Assembly (NCBI GenBank): GCA_964652755.1
Contig: CAZZBP010000001.1
Span: forward strand, 10,872 to 74,871
DNA length: 64,000 bases
Direction of reading: 5' to 3'
Source of the DNA: an uncultured Dehalococcoidia bacterium
GTDB taxonomy: Bacteria; Chloroflexota; Dehalococcoidia; Lucifugimonadales; UBA826
Shown in pieces: positions 9,894 through 18,932 of this stretch; the stretch's first letter is position 1, and each line of letters starts with the position of its first letter. The translations under genes and the position numbers were made by a program. The notes beneath the pieces are model-generated. The model was not told the DNA's origin. It searched no databases and was given only the letters and a program-made list of their open reading frames with translations.

Positions 9894-10694
9894 ATGCAGG
9901 AACGAAGTCTGGGAGATATACTTAACGAGGCCTTTGCGATTTTTGGCAAGGGTGGACGGAGTTTTGCCATTATAGCTTTAGTGGTATTTGCTCCGGCAAA
10001 TCTAATCACCTTCCTAGGCCCAAGAACAGAACTGCAGCATTATCTGACGGTAGGTGCAATTCCAGGGTCGGTGTTATTTTTCTACGTATTAGTTGCCGTA
10101 GTCACTTTAGTTGCAACGACTGCTGTGTGGTCAGCTGCCTCCGCCGCTGTTGGGCAACTATAGGTTACGGTAACTATAGATGTGAAAGAGTGTTTTAAAA
10201 GGGTTTCTTGGCGAATATATTCGCTTTTGTTATTATCGTTTACTCTCACAATTGGGTTAGCAGTTTGCGTTGGGGGAATAATCATCGTGATCCCTGCTAT
10301 AGTGGCTGCGGTTTTCCTGTTATTTGGTTCGCTAGCAATTCCAGCAGCGCTCTATGAAGGTCGTAAATATGTTTCTGCATTAAGAAGAAGTTTCCAGCTC
10401 GTCAGATCCATGTGGCCCAGAATATTGGGTGGAATGATTTTGATTACGCTAGTCATGTTGGGGACTGGACTTGTGATTTCAGTTCCTTCGTTGTTGCTTC
10501 TGTCACTAGATTCAGGGAGCCTATCATTGGCTTCCATGGGGATACAATATTTAGTTAGCCTTATAGCAAATTCGGCAGCCGTAACGATTTCTGCGGTTGC
10601 GGTTACACTGCTCTATTTTGACACAAGGATACGAATAGAAGGATTTGGGTTGGAAAAGCTTTCTTACGAAATAAACTACTCGGATAAAAGCTAG
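9894..10694 (+). pseudogene. polytopic membrane protein gene interrupted by a single in-frame TAG (10161-10163); candidate pseudogene or recoding or sequence error
   Basis: ORFs 9894-10163 and 10182-10694 are in the same frame, separated by TAG plus 6 sense codons. The second ORF has no RBS. The merged product would be about 266 aa with several TM segments and the C-terminal motif LLYFDTRIRIEGFGLE. From memory, that motif is typical of the GlpQ-membrane-domain-like (DUF) family. Confidence 0.6.
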
Positions 10695-10779
10695 TAGAGC
10701 TAATGATTATTAAGACACAAAATACTTTGAAACTAATATATGGAGAGGATTCCCGGTGATCAGGTCGGGTTAAGAGATT

Positions 10780-11385
10780 ATGGCTAGATATACAGGACCA
10801 ATACAGAAAAAGCTCAGAACGCTCGGCCTCGAGTCCTACGGTGTTTATGGCACCCGAAAGGAGAAACGTGTAAATCAGGGCTTCGTTCGTAGGCGAAGAG
10901 TCTCTGCCTACGGCCTTCAGCTGAAAGAGAAGCAGAAAGCAAAGTTTCTTTACGGGGTGCTCGAGAAGCAATTCAAAAATTACTATGATAAAGCGCTAAT
11001 CCAGGAAGGGGTGACCGGCGATAATCTCGTGGTTTTGCTCGAAAGACGTCTGGATAATGTCTTATATAGGTCAGGCATGTTTCTCTCGAGAAAGCAATCC
11101 CGCCAGGCAGTAAATCACGGGCATTTCAATGTGAATGGAAGAAAAGTGGATATACCGTCTTTCCAAGTTAATCAGGGGGACAAGGTGGAGTGGACTCAAA
11201 GAGGGAAAAAGACAACGCTTTTTGAAATCGCCCAGAATAATTGCAAGTCCATACCTACGCCCCATTGGATCGAGCTGGAACAAGGCGAAATGCAGGCAAT
11301 AGTAGTCACAGAACCAACCGCTGAAGATGGCGAGCCTGAGGTCGACACTACTCAGATTGTTGAACTCTACTCTGGAAATCATTAG
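10780..11385 (+). CDS. rpsD: 30S ribosomal protein S4 (no N-terminal Cys cluster)
   Basis: The sequence MARYTGP...YGLQLKEKQK.KF.YGV.EKQF..Y is present, with an S4 RNA-binding domain. Confidence 0.93.
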   Translation: MARYTGPIQKKLRTLGLESYGVYGTRKEKRVNQGFVRRRRVSAYGLQLKEKQKAKFLYGVLEKQFKNYYDKALIQEGVTGDNLVVLLERRLDNVLYRSGMFLSRKQSRQAVNHGHFNVNGRKVDIPSFQVNQGDKVEWTQRGKKTTLFEIAQNNCKSIPTPHWIELEQGEMQAIVVTEPTAEDGEPEVDTTQIVELYSGNH

Positions 11386-11412
11386 AAGTTAGACCCTAGG
11401 AGACAAACCCAA

Positions 11413-12480
11413 ATGACTATGGCAATGGATTATTCTGATATTTCGATTCTCGACGAACCCGTTGAGGAAGAAATAATACCTAACCCAACTATATCTGTCT
11501 CGGAAGCCTCAGATACATACGGCAAATTCGTCGTAGGACCTCTTGAACCCGGGTATGGGGTTACCTTAGGAAATCCTATGAGAAGAGTACTTTACAATTC
11601 ACTTCCGGGGGCAGCTATAACATGGGTCAAAATTGAAAATATCCTCCATGAATACATGACCGTGGAGAATGTTAAAGAAGAGGTCTCTGAAATTCTTCTT
11701 AATATCAAAAACATAAGGATTCGTTCTGAAACAGAATCTGAGACGCCGGCAAAGTTAAGGCTAGAAGCCAAAGGTCGTGACAATGGGCCCGTTCGTGTCA
11801 CTGCGGGAAATATTATGCCTTCCGCTGATTATAATGTAGTTAATCCTGAGCAACACATAGCGACTCTTGATTCCCCTGATGCTGAGCTAGTAGTCGAACT
11901 TAATATAGGACATGGTAAGGGCTACAAAATAGCTGACAGTAGTGACGGTTTAGCTATTGGTACTATACCGATTGACTCCGTGTTTACCCCTGTTCGTAAA
12001 GTTAACTACACGATAGAACAAACCCGTGTCGGCCACAGGACAGACTTTGAAGAACTGATTTTAGAAGTCTGGACAGATGGCTCAACTCTTCCTATCGAGG
12101 CGGTGGCAGAGGCTTCCAACATGTTAGTTAATCAGTTTTTCCTCTTCGCTAATGTCGAAAAGGCAGCCGCTGAAGGTTCTGAGGGAATATCGTTAGAGAT
12201 TCCAGCGGAAAACTACAACATGATAGTGGAGGAACTTGAACTTTCATCGAGAACGTTAAACTGTCTTAAAAGAGCAGGTCTTAATAAGGTGGGTGAGGTA
12301 ATGGAGAAATCTAGAGAAGAACTTTTAGAGATTCGAAACTTCGGTGAGAAATCGTATACAGAACTCTACGATAAGTTCAGAGAATTAGATATTCTCCCAG
12401 ATCATATGGATCCAGAAAAAATTGGATCTGTCGAAGCGAATGAAGAGAACAATGATGATCTCGTTATCAATGGGGCGTAG
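11413..12480 (+). CDS. rpoA: DNA-directed RNA polymerase subunit alpha
   Basis: The sequence YGKFVV.PLEPGYG.TLGN.MRRVL is present. The C-terminal domain carries LELS.RT.NCLKRAG...VGE. It sits after rpsD. Confidence 0.94.
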   Translation: MTMAMDYSDISILDEPVEEEIIPNPTISVSEASDTYGKFVVGPLEPGYGVTLGNPMRRVLYNSLPGAAITWVKIENILHEYMTVENVKEEVSEILLNIKNIRIRSETESETPAKLRLEAKGRDNGPVRVTAGNIMPSADYNVVNPEQHIATLDSPDAELVVELNIGHGKGYKIADSSDGLAIGTIPIDSVFTPVRKVNYTIEQTRVGHRTDFEELILEVWTDGSTLPIEAVAEASNMLVNQFFLFANVEKAAAEGSEGISLEIPAENYNMIVEELELSSRTLNCLKRAGLNKVGEVMEKSREELLEIRNFGEKSYTELYDKFRELDILPDHMDPEKIGSVEANEENNDDLVINGA

Positions 12481-12492
12481 GAGAGGTTCAAG

Positions 12493-12846
12493 GTGAGACA
12501 CCAAATCGCAGGAAGAAAGCTAGGAAGGCCAACAGCGCACAGAATTCTGATGCTTAGAAGCATGGTGACAGACTTTATACGTCATGAAACGGTCCGTACG
12601 ACGGATAGCAAAGCCAAAGAGGTTAGGCGGATGGCTGAGAAAGTGATCACGTTGGGTAAAAAAGGCAACTTACATCATAGGAGACAAGCCTCGGCTCTGC
12701 TAACAGACGAGTCGGTAGTAAAGAAAGTGTTTGACGTACTCGGGCCACGTTTTGAGGATCGAGACGGGGGATACACAAGATTGACGAAGTTAGGACCGAG
12801 AAAGGGAGACGCTTCTGAAATGGCGATCCTAGAACTAGTTGACTAG
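12493..12846 (+). CDS. rplQ: 50S ribosomal protein L17
   Basis: The sequence MRHQIAGRKLGRPTAHR..MLR.M...I.HE...TT..KAKE is present. It uses a GTG start. Confidence 0.93.
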   Translation: MRHQIAGRKLGRPTAHRILMLRSMVTDFIRHETVRTTDSKAKEVRRMAEKVITLGKKGNLHHRRQASALLTDESVVKKVFDVLGPRFEDRDGGYTRLTKLGPRKGDASEMAILELVD

Positions 12847-12864
12847 TTTTTTGAAGAGCATAAA

Positions 12865-13650
12865 TTGTTTGTCCGAAAGGTAGCTAGGGAGACAACCATT
12901 AGGTTGGCATTGACCATAGAATACGAAGGTACTCGCTACCACGGATTTCAGTATCAGGATAACGCAAGTAACATACAGGAGGAACTTGAAAACTCAATAT
13001 ATAAGTTCTCAGGTGAGGTTGTTCGTGTGAAAGCGGCGGGTAGAACTGACTCCGGAGTCCATGCCATCGGGCAGGTGATTAGTTTCGATACTGTCACAAG
13101 ACATAGCCCGGAAACGTTTGTTAGTGGACTGAATCACTATTTGCCAGAAGACATTGCGGTGAGAGAAGCTTTTAAGGTTCCGGAGTCATTTGATCCCAGG
13201 AGGGATGCTGTATCCAGAGTGTATAAATACACGATCCGTAACTCAAAGGTTCCCTCCCCCCTTCAAAGAAGAATTGCTACGGTGATTACTGCTGATTTAG
13301 ACATTTTGAAAATGAAAAAGGGCGCTTTGCTGTATTTAGGAACTCACGATTTTAGGAAATTCTCCGGTCCCATGAAAGGCGAGAGTTTTTCCAGCGTTCG
13401 AAAGATTCTTAGATCAGATCTTATGAAAAAAAACGACATTTTAGAGTACACAATAGAAGGGAATGCATTTCTGTCTCACCAAGTGCGTAGGATGGTTGGA
13501 GCCCTAGTTGATGTTGGACGTGGCGCGTTAACTTTAGATGATTTGAAACAGCTGATACGTGGGGCTGGTGATTCGGTTGCACATTCTCTTCCGGCGCAAG
13601 GACTTTGTTTGAGGGAAGTTCGATATGAAAGGTTTCCTCCCCTGATCTAA
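12865..13650 (+). CDS. truA: tRNA pseudouridine(38-40) synthase
   Basis: The sequence IEYEGTRYHGFQ.Q...IQ.ELE is present, with GRTDSGVHA containing the catalytic Asp. The TTG start is uncertain. Confidence 0.88.
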   Translation: MFVRKVARETTIRLALTIEYEGTRYHGFQYQDNASNIQEELENSIYKFSGEVVRVKAAGRTDSGVHAIGQVISFDTVTRHSPETFVSGLNHYLPEDIAVREAFKVPESFDPRRDAVSRVYKYTIRNSKVPSPLQRRIATVITADLDILKMKKGALLYLGTHDFRKFSGPMKGESFSSVRKILRSDLMKKNDILEYTIEGNAFLSHQVRRMVGALVDVGRGALTLDDLKQLIRGAGDSVAHSLPAQGLCLREVRYERFPPLI

Positions 13651-13739
13651 AAGAGTCGTAACATGATACTTAGACTAAGATATATACCGACAAAATTTGA
13701 TTTTTAAAAATAAATACAAAAAAATAGAGGAAATCAGAT

Positions 13740-14204
13740 ATGGCCATTAGACCGAGAATGCACCAACCTAAGGCCTCTGAACTCAAACCAGAATGGCACG
13801 TTATTGATGCAGAGGGTCAGACTTTGGGCCGAATTAGCAGCGATATAGCAAGGTTGTTACAGGGAAAGCATCGTTCAAGTTATGTGCCTTACTTGAATAC
13901 GGGAGATTTCGTCGTTGTTATAAACGCTGAGAAAGTTGAAGTGACTGGTAACAAGAGGGAACAGAAGATATATTACAGTCACAGTGGCTATCACGGAGGC
14001 CTTAAGGAGATCAATCTTCAACAATTGCTCGACAGTCATCCAGATCGGGTAATTAAACAATCAGTAAAGGGAATGCTGCCCAAGAATATACCTGGCAGAA
14101 AAATGCTTTCTCGTCTCAAAGTTTATGCTGGGGAAACTCATCCCCACAAGGCACAGGTCAACTGGACAGAGAAATCCAAGGAACTTGAACAGGAAAGTAA
14201 TTAG
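13740..14204 (+). CDS. rplM: 50S ribosomal protein L13
   Basis: The sequence WHVIDAEGQTLGR..S.IA..L.GKH...Y.P...TGD.VVVINAEK is present. Confidence 0.94.
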   Translation: MAIRPRMHQPKASELKPEWHVIDAEGQTLGRISSDIARLLQGKHRSSYVPYLNTGDFVVVINAEKVEVTGNKREQKIYYSHSGYHGGLKEINLQQLLDSHPDRVIKQSVKGMLPKNIPGRKMLSRLKVYAGETHPHKAQVNWTEKSKELEQESN

Positions 14205-14215
14205 GAGGAAGACCA

Positions 14216-14614
14216 TTGGTTGAGCAGGCTTATACCTACGCAATAGGTAGGAGAAAGACAGCAGTTGCACAAGTGAGACTTTATTCTGATGCTGGCCCGG
14301 TAGTAGTGGATGATAAACTTATGGAAGAAGCTTTTCCCTACAGTATCTGGCAGCAAATAATCAATGAACCATTTACGGTGACCAGTACTCAAGGCAGGTT
14401 CCGAGTTGTAGCTAAATTGTCGGGAGGTGGTGTCAACGGTAGGGCAGGGGCTCTCCGGCATGGGATCGCCCGTGCGTTGGCTGAAGTAGAGAACGGAAAG
14501 TTCAGGGGAGACCTAAAGAAGGCAGGCCTTTTAACAAGAGACGCCAGAGTAAAGGAACGTAAAAAGCCCGGATTAAAGAGGGCACGCAAAGCGAAGCAGT
14601 ATACCAAGAGGTAA
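14216..14614 (+). CDS. rpsI: 30S ribosomal protein S9
   Basis: The sequence GRRKTAVAQVRL is present, with C-terminal GLLTRDAR.KERKK.GLK.ARKA.QY.KR. An AGGAGGAA RBS lies 5 nt before the TTG at 14216. Confidence 0.93.
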   Translation: MVEQAYTYAIGRRKTAVAQVRLYSDAGPVVVDDKLMEEAFPYSIWQQIINEPFTVTSTQGRFRVVAKLSGGGVNGRAGALRHGIARALAEVENGKFRGDLKKAGLLTRDARVKERKKPGLKRARKAKQYTKR

Positions 14615-14724
14615 TACTGTTGTAAGGCTTCAGGTGAAATATCAAAGTTAGGAAACCGGCAGTCGTTTTTACAATATGAGCCACCATAAGGCTTGTTTTT
14701 GGGAATTTGATAGGATCTTAAAAA

Positions 14725-15468
14725 GTGGCAGTCTCAAGGTCATCCGGAAGCTCCGGATCTTCTAGGAAAATCGGAGAAGAACACAGGCTTTCCATGGCAA
14801 TGGAGAACTACCTGCTTTCCATACTCAGGCTCGAAGAGCAAAAAGTCCGAGTAACACCGGCTCAACTTTCAGAACATTTTAAGAGTTTGCCAATGGCTGA
14901 AGGCCTCGGCACATCACTTCCTTCCGTCAGTGCCATGATTAGGCGGATGTCACGTGAGAAGCTTGTATCCACGACTTCCAATAAGGAAGTAATTCTTACC
15001 TTGACGGGGAGAAAATCTGCAGAAAGTGTTGTGAGGAGACATAGATTGGCGGAAAGATTGGCTGTGGATGTACTCCAAGTAGATCTTAAGCACGCTCATG
15101 AGGAAGCACATAGATTGGAACATGCTATATCCCCTTATCTGGAATCCCGAGTTGTGGATATATTGAATGGTCCCACTACTTGCCCTTTCGGTCATCCTAT
15201 TCCCGGTAGTGGATACTCTCCGAATCAAGGGGTAATAAATCTCAGCAAAGCGAAAATTGGTGTCAACTATCTTGTTGATCGTGTACCTGAGGATGACTCG
15301 GATCTACTGGCATATTTTGTGGATAATAATTTCTTGCCTGACTCTCCATTGATGGTTTTAGATTCGTCAAGGGCAAGAGGAGTGATAACACTTCGTGTAA
15401 GTAATGGTGAATTGGTGTTCGGTATGGATATTTCCAAACTTATATGGGTGAGACCGGATAAAGTGTAA
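14725..15468 (+). CDS. DtxR/MntR-family metal-dependent transcriptional regulator with C-terminal SH3/FeoA-like domain
   Basis: The sequence MENYL..I..LEE.......QL is present, along with RRHRLAERL, HEEAHRLEH and CPFGHPIPG. The start is uncertain (GTG 14725 or ATG 14794). Confidence 0.8.
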   Translation: MAVSRSSGSSGSSRKIGEEHRLSMAMENYLLSILRLEEQKVRVTPAQLSEHFKSLPMAEGLGTSLPSVSAMIRRMSREKLVSTTSNKEVILTLTGRKSAESVVRRHRLAERLAVDVLQVDLKHAHEEAHRLEHAISPYLESRVVDILNGPTTCPFGHPIPGSGYSPNQGVINLSKAKIGVNYLVDRVPEDDSDLLAYFVDNNFLPDSPLMVLDSSRARGVITLRVSNGELVFGMDISKLIWVRPDKV

Positions 15469-15537
15469 TTTGGTTGGGATTTCGAAATTTCATGGTTTAG
15501 GTCCTTCCAGATGAAATCTCATTGATGGGTTAGAAAA

Positions 15538-17100
15538 ATGAAGATTTTGACGTCTTCCGAAATGATTGATATTGAGGAACGGTCTGCCGATTTGGGGGTT
15601 TCTATAAACGCCCTGATGGATAACGCTGGCCAGCTGGTTGCCTCTGAGATCGAGACCCATTTTGGACCAATATTTGGGGCTAATATCCTGGCATTAATTG
15701 GTCCTGGTAACAATGGTTCCGATGGATTGGTTGTTTGCACTAGGCTTGCGGAGCAAGGGGCAAAGGTAACTGCAGCAATCTTAGCAAAACGTCCGGAGCC
15801 GGATAACTGTTTGCTGCAGGTGATCTCCTCAGATGTAGATGTTCTAGAAGCATCAGAATCATTAGAGGGTGCTGCAGCTCTTGGCGAGATCGCCGCATCT
15901 TCACACGTTGTTATCGATGCTGTATTGGGAACAGGAGCATCGCGTCCTCTATCGAACCCCATTTCAATGTATTTGAAAACCGTAGAGGAGTCGGTAAAAG
16001 AGAGTACCTTTATAGTTGCGGTTGATATTCCAAGCGGAGTCGATGCTAATACTGGCTCTGTAGACCCATCAGTATTAGTCCCTCAATTGACCGTTGTTTT
16101 AGGATACCTAAAAATTGGTCATTTGACACAACCTGGGGCAGCCGTATGCGGTGTTCTTCGAATAGTGGATATCGGTGTCCCCGAAGGACTGGATAGCCAT
16201 ATAAACGTTAATATGATTACCTCTGGCTATGCGGCGTCACTTGTACCCAAACGGTTGGTTGATTCGAACAAGGGCACATTTGGCAAAACGATGGTGGTAG
16301 GAGGATCAGCAAACTACGTGGGGGCGCCGTCGTTTGCTGGAGCTGCCTCAGCCAGATCTGGAGCTGGGTTAGTCACATTAGCAGTTCCACAAGCTATTGC
16401 ATACGTGACAAATGGGTTGGTCCCAGAAGCGACATTGTTACCTCTCGATGATAAAGATGGTGAAATTTTGGATGGATGGTCGTCTGCAAGGTCGATACAC
16501 AAAGCTCTTTTTAAGTATTCGGCTTTATTAGTAGGATGCGGTCTAGGTATGTCACGTCAGGCACGAATTCTTATAGATTGTCTGATTATGTCGGCCGTAG
16601 ATGTGCCACCTCTTGTAGTCGATGCTGATGGGCTAAATATAATAAGCAAGTTCTACAAATGGTGGGATCGGATACCCGAACAATCAATTCTGACACCACA
16701 TGTAGGAGAAATGTCACAACTCACGGGGTTGTCAGTAGAGCAAATACAAGCTGATAGATTGGGCGTAGTTCAGGATTATGCAAGAAAGTGGCGAAAAGTG
16801 GTTGTCCTTAAGGGTGCCAATACCCTGGTAGGAGAGCCGAACGGTACTGTATGGATTAGTGGGGTCGCCAATCCCGCTCTTGCTTCGGCAGGAACTGGAG
16901 ATGTACTTTCTGGAATAATTTTGGGTTTTACTTCACAGGGATTGAGCTTGGCGGACTCAGCCGTTCTTGGAGTCTATGTACACGGCGCCGCGGGGGGTGT
17001 TATATCGGAACGCACGGGTCAATCCGGCTTACTGGCTTCCGACTTAGTATTAGAACTACCTAACGTAGTATCGTTTCTTAGAAAAAATTGCAGCGATTAA
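15538..17100 (+). CDS. nnr: bifunctional NAD(P)H-hydrate repair enzyme (epimerase / ADP-dependent dehydratase)
   Basis: A 520-aa protein. It has an N-terminal YjeF_N region (GPGNNGSDG) and a C-terminal carbohydrate-kinase region (KGTFGK..VVGGS..Y.GAP, GTGDVLSG). Confidence 0.88.
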   Translation: MKILTSSEMIDIEERSADLGVSINALMDNAGQLVASEIETHFGPIFGANILALIGPGNNGSDGLVVCTRLAEQGAKVTAAILAKRPEPDNCLLQVISSDVDVLEASESLEGAAALGEIAASSHVVIDAVLGTGASRPLSNPISMYLKTVEESVKESTFIVAVDIPSGVDANTGSVDPSVLVPQLTVVLGYLKIGHLTQPGAAVCGVLRIVDIGVPEGLDSHINVNMITSGYAASLVPKRLVDSNKGTFGKTMVVGGSANYVGAPSFAGAASARSGAGLVTLAVPQAIAYVTNGLVPEATLLPLDDKDGEILDGWSSARSIHKALFKYSALLVGCGLGMSRQARILIDCLIMSAVDVPPLVVDADGLNIISKFYKWWDRIPEQSILTPHVGEMSQLTGLSVEQIQADRLGVVQDYARKWRKVVVLKGANTLVGEPNGTVWISGVANPALASAGTGDVLSGIILGFTSQGLSLADSAVLGVYVHGAAGGVISERTGQSGLLASDLVLELPNVVSFLRKNCSD

Positions 17101-17103
17101 CCA

Positions 17104-17823
17104 TTGACTTGCTCTACTGATAAAGAGCGAGCAAGACGCGTTTCTGAAATGTTTGGGCGTATCTCGGGTCGATATGATCTTCTCAACACGATTATGACCT
17201 TTGGGAGACACCGATCGTGGAGAAAACAGGCGGTTGGGATCATATCAATAGAAACGGAGGGAGTTGCCTTGGATATTGCCTCGGGAACAGGTGATTTCGC
17301 GTTTGATCTTTTGGAGAACCCTTTAATCACACAAGTAGTAGGGTTAGATTTCAGTTTCGATATGTTAAGAGTCGGGGTATTGAAAGCAGTTAAGAGAAAT
17401 CTGTCAGACGAATTCATGCCTGTAATTGGGGATTCACATCGCTTGCCGTATAGGAATGATTTTTTCACATGTGCCACTGTTGGATTTGGAATACGTAACT
17501 TCACAAATATTGGACGTGCAATGGCAGAAATGTTGAGAGTGATAAGACCTGGAGGAACAGTAGTAGTGTTGGAACTCGTTACACCGCTAGGGTTTGTGAT
17601 GGCAAGGATTTTCCCAACGTGCTTTCGCATATTTACGCCCATTCTGGGCAGTATTTTTGCGGGTGAACGGGATGCCTATGATTATCTCCCCCAATCTGTG
17701 CAAGAATTTATGACGGCTTCTGAACTGGCAATCGCCATGAAAAATGGGGGCCTTGTAAACGTAAATGTTGACCTAAAGGCCCTTGGTTCTGTAGCGATCG
17801 TGTCTGGTCGTAAACCGATCTAA
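17104..17823 (+). CDS. menG: demethylmenaquinone/ubiquinone C-methyltransferase (UbiE/MenG family)
   Basis: The sequence V..MF.RI...YDLLN...TFG.HR.WR is present. It carries the SAM motif LDIASGTGD and RVIRPGG..VVLE. It uses a TTG start. Confidence 0.85.
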   Translation: MTCSTDKERARRVSEMFGRISGRYDLLNTIMTFGRHRSWRKQAVGIISIETEGVALDIASGTGDFAFDLLENPLITQVVGLDFSFDMLRVGVLKAVKRNLSDEFMPVIGDSHRLPYRNDFFTCATVGFGIRNFTNIGRAMAEMLRVIRPGGTVVVLELVTPLGFVMARIFPTCFRIFTPILGSIFAGERDAYDYLPQSVQEFMTASELAIAMKNGGLVNVNVDLKALGSVAIVSGRKPI

Positions 17824-18932
17824 AATGAGGGCCGCTCTACTAGAACCACACGGGTCACTTTAGGAGATCTATCTGATACAAACGTAACCTCGATCTCTTC
17901 ACCAACTTTGTATTGCCATAAAAGGCTTAGAAACTGCGCCATATCATCAGTTTTGGTTCCGTTTAGGGCCGTTATGACATCCATTATTTTGAGCCCTCCC
18001 TGATTTGCCGGACCATCATTTTGGACATGAGTTATCAAAATCCCTTCAGCAATTCCAAGGTTGTATCTAGAAGCTAAAGCAGGAGTAACATTTATTCCGT
18101 TCAATCCTATAAGAGGTCTTACGACCTTACCGGTATTTATAAGGCTTTTAATTATGGGTAGGGCCACCTTGGCAGAAACTGCAAATCCTATTCCCTGGGC
18201 TCCGCCGTAGACGGCGGTGTTGATTCCGATCACTTTACCGCTTAAATCAACAAGAGGACCTCCACTATTTCCTCGGTTGATAGCGGCATCAGTTTGGATC
18301 ATGTCATATAGATCACCTCTTTCCGTTTGTATTGTACGACCGAGACCGCTAACAATACCAAGAGTGACTGTTGGACCACCCTTTAGGGCAAGAGCATTGC
18401 CGATGGTAACAGCCCAGTCACCGGCTCTCAGGTTGTCCGAGTCTCCAAAGGAAACGGTAGGTAGATCTTCGGCACCAATTTTTATGACAGCAAGGTCTGT
18501 TAGTTTATCCAGCCCTATTATCTCTGCGGAAAAATTTCTACCGTCACTCATACTAACTTCTATTTCCTTAGCATCTTGAACGACGTGAAAGTTAGTCAAT
18601 ATATATCCATTTGGGCGTATGATCATTCCAGTACCTGAGCCCTCATCCGTGAAGTTATAAAACATTCCACGAGAGACAATATCTACCGATATTGAGACTA
18701 CGGAAGGTTCTACCTCTTCAACAAGGTTCGCAAGAGTGGGTGGGGGCTGGAGCTCTGCAGCTCCCAGCGACATTTTAGGTGATGGCGCAAGTTTATCGCC
18801 GGTGATTTTCCCTTCTTGGGTTTCATTCAATACGCCATTGGGTTCACATCCAAACGTAAACACGACGGCTATCACCAAGGCCATGGATGCTAGGAGTTTG
18901 AGGTAACTAATCTCTGAGTGAAATTCGAACAA
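17820..18932 (-). CDS. htrA: HtrA/DegP-family serine protease with one PDZ domain
   Basis: The catalytic triad context is present: TNFHVV, DLAVIK, GNSGGPL. It has an N-terminal hydrophobic anchor and a C-terminal PDZ domain. The start may be the internal Met at 18884. Confidence 0.88.
   Translation of the reverse strand: MFEFHSEISYLKLLASMALVIAVVFTFGCEPNGVLNETQEGKITGDKLAPSPKMSLGAAELQPPPTLANLVEEVEPSVVSISVDIVSRGMFYNFTDEGSGTGMIIRPNGYILTNFHVVQDAKEIEVSMSDGRNFSAEIIGLDKLTDLAVIKIGAEDLPTVSFGDSDNLRAGDWAVTIGNALALKGGPTVTLGIVSGLGRTIQTERGDLYDMIQTDAAINRGNSGGPLVDLSGKVIGINTAVYGGAQGIGFAVSAKVALPIIKSLINTGKVVRPLIGLNGINVTPALASRYNLGIAEGILITHVQNDGPANQGGLKIMDVITALNGTKTDDMAQFLSLLWQYKVGEEIEVTFVSDRSPKVTRVVLVERPSF

Noticed and set aside
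15519-15962. 147-aa minus-strand ORF overlapping the start of nnr
   Set aside because: It is antisense to a well-supported NAD(P)HX epimerase domain, has a low-complexity Ala/Ser/Pro-rich translation and lacks an RBS.
17097-17642. 181-aa minus-strand ORF opposite menG
   Set aside because: The plus-strand product carries the full UbiE/MenG motif set (SAM-binding LDIASGTGD and others). The antisense product has no recognisable feature.
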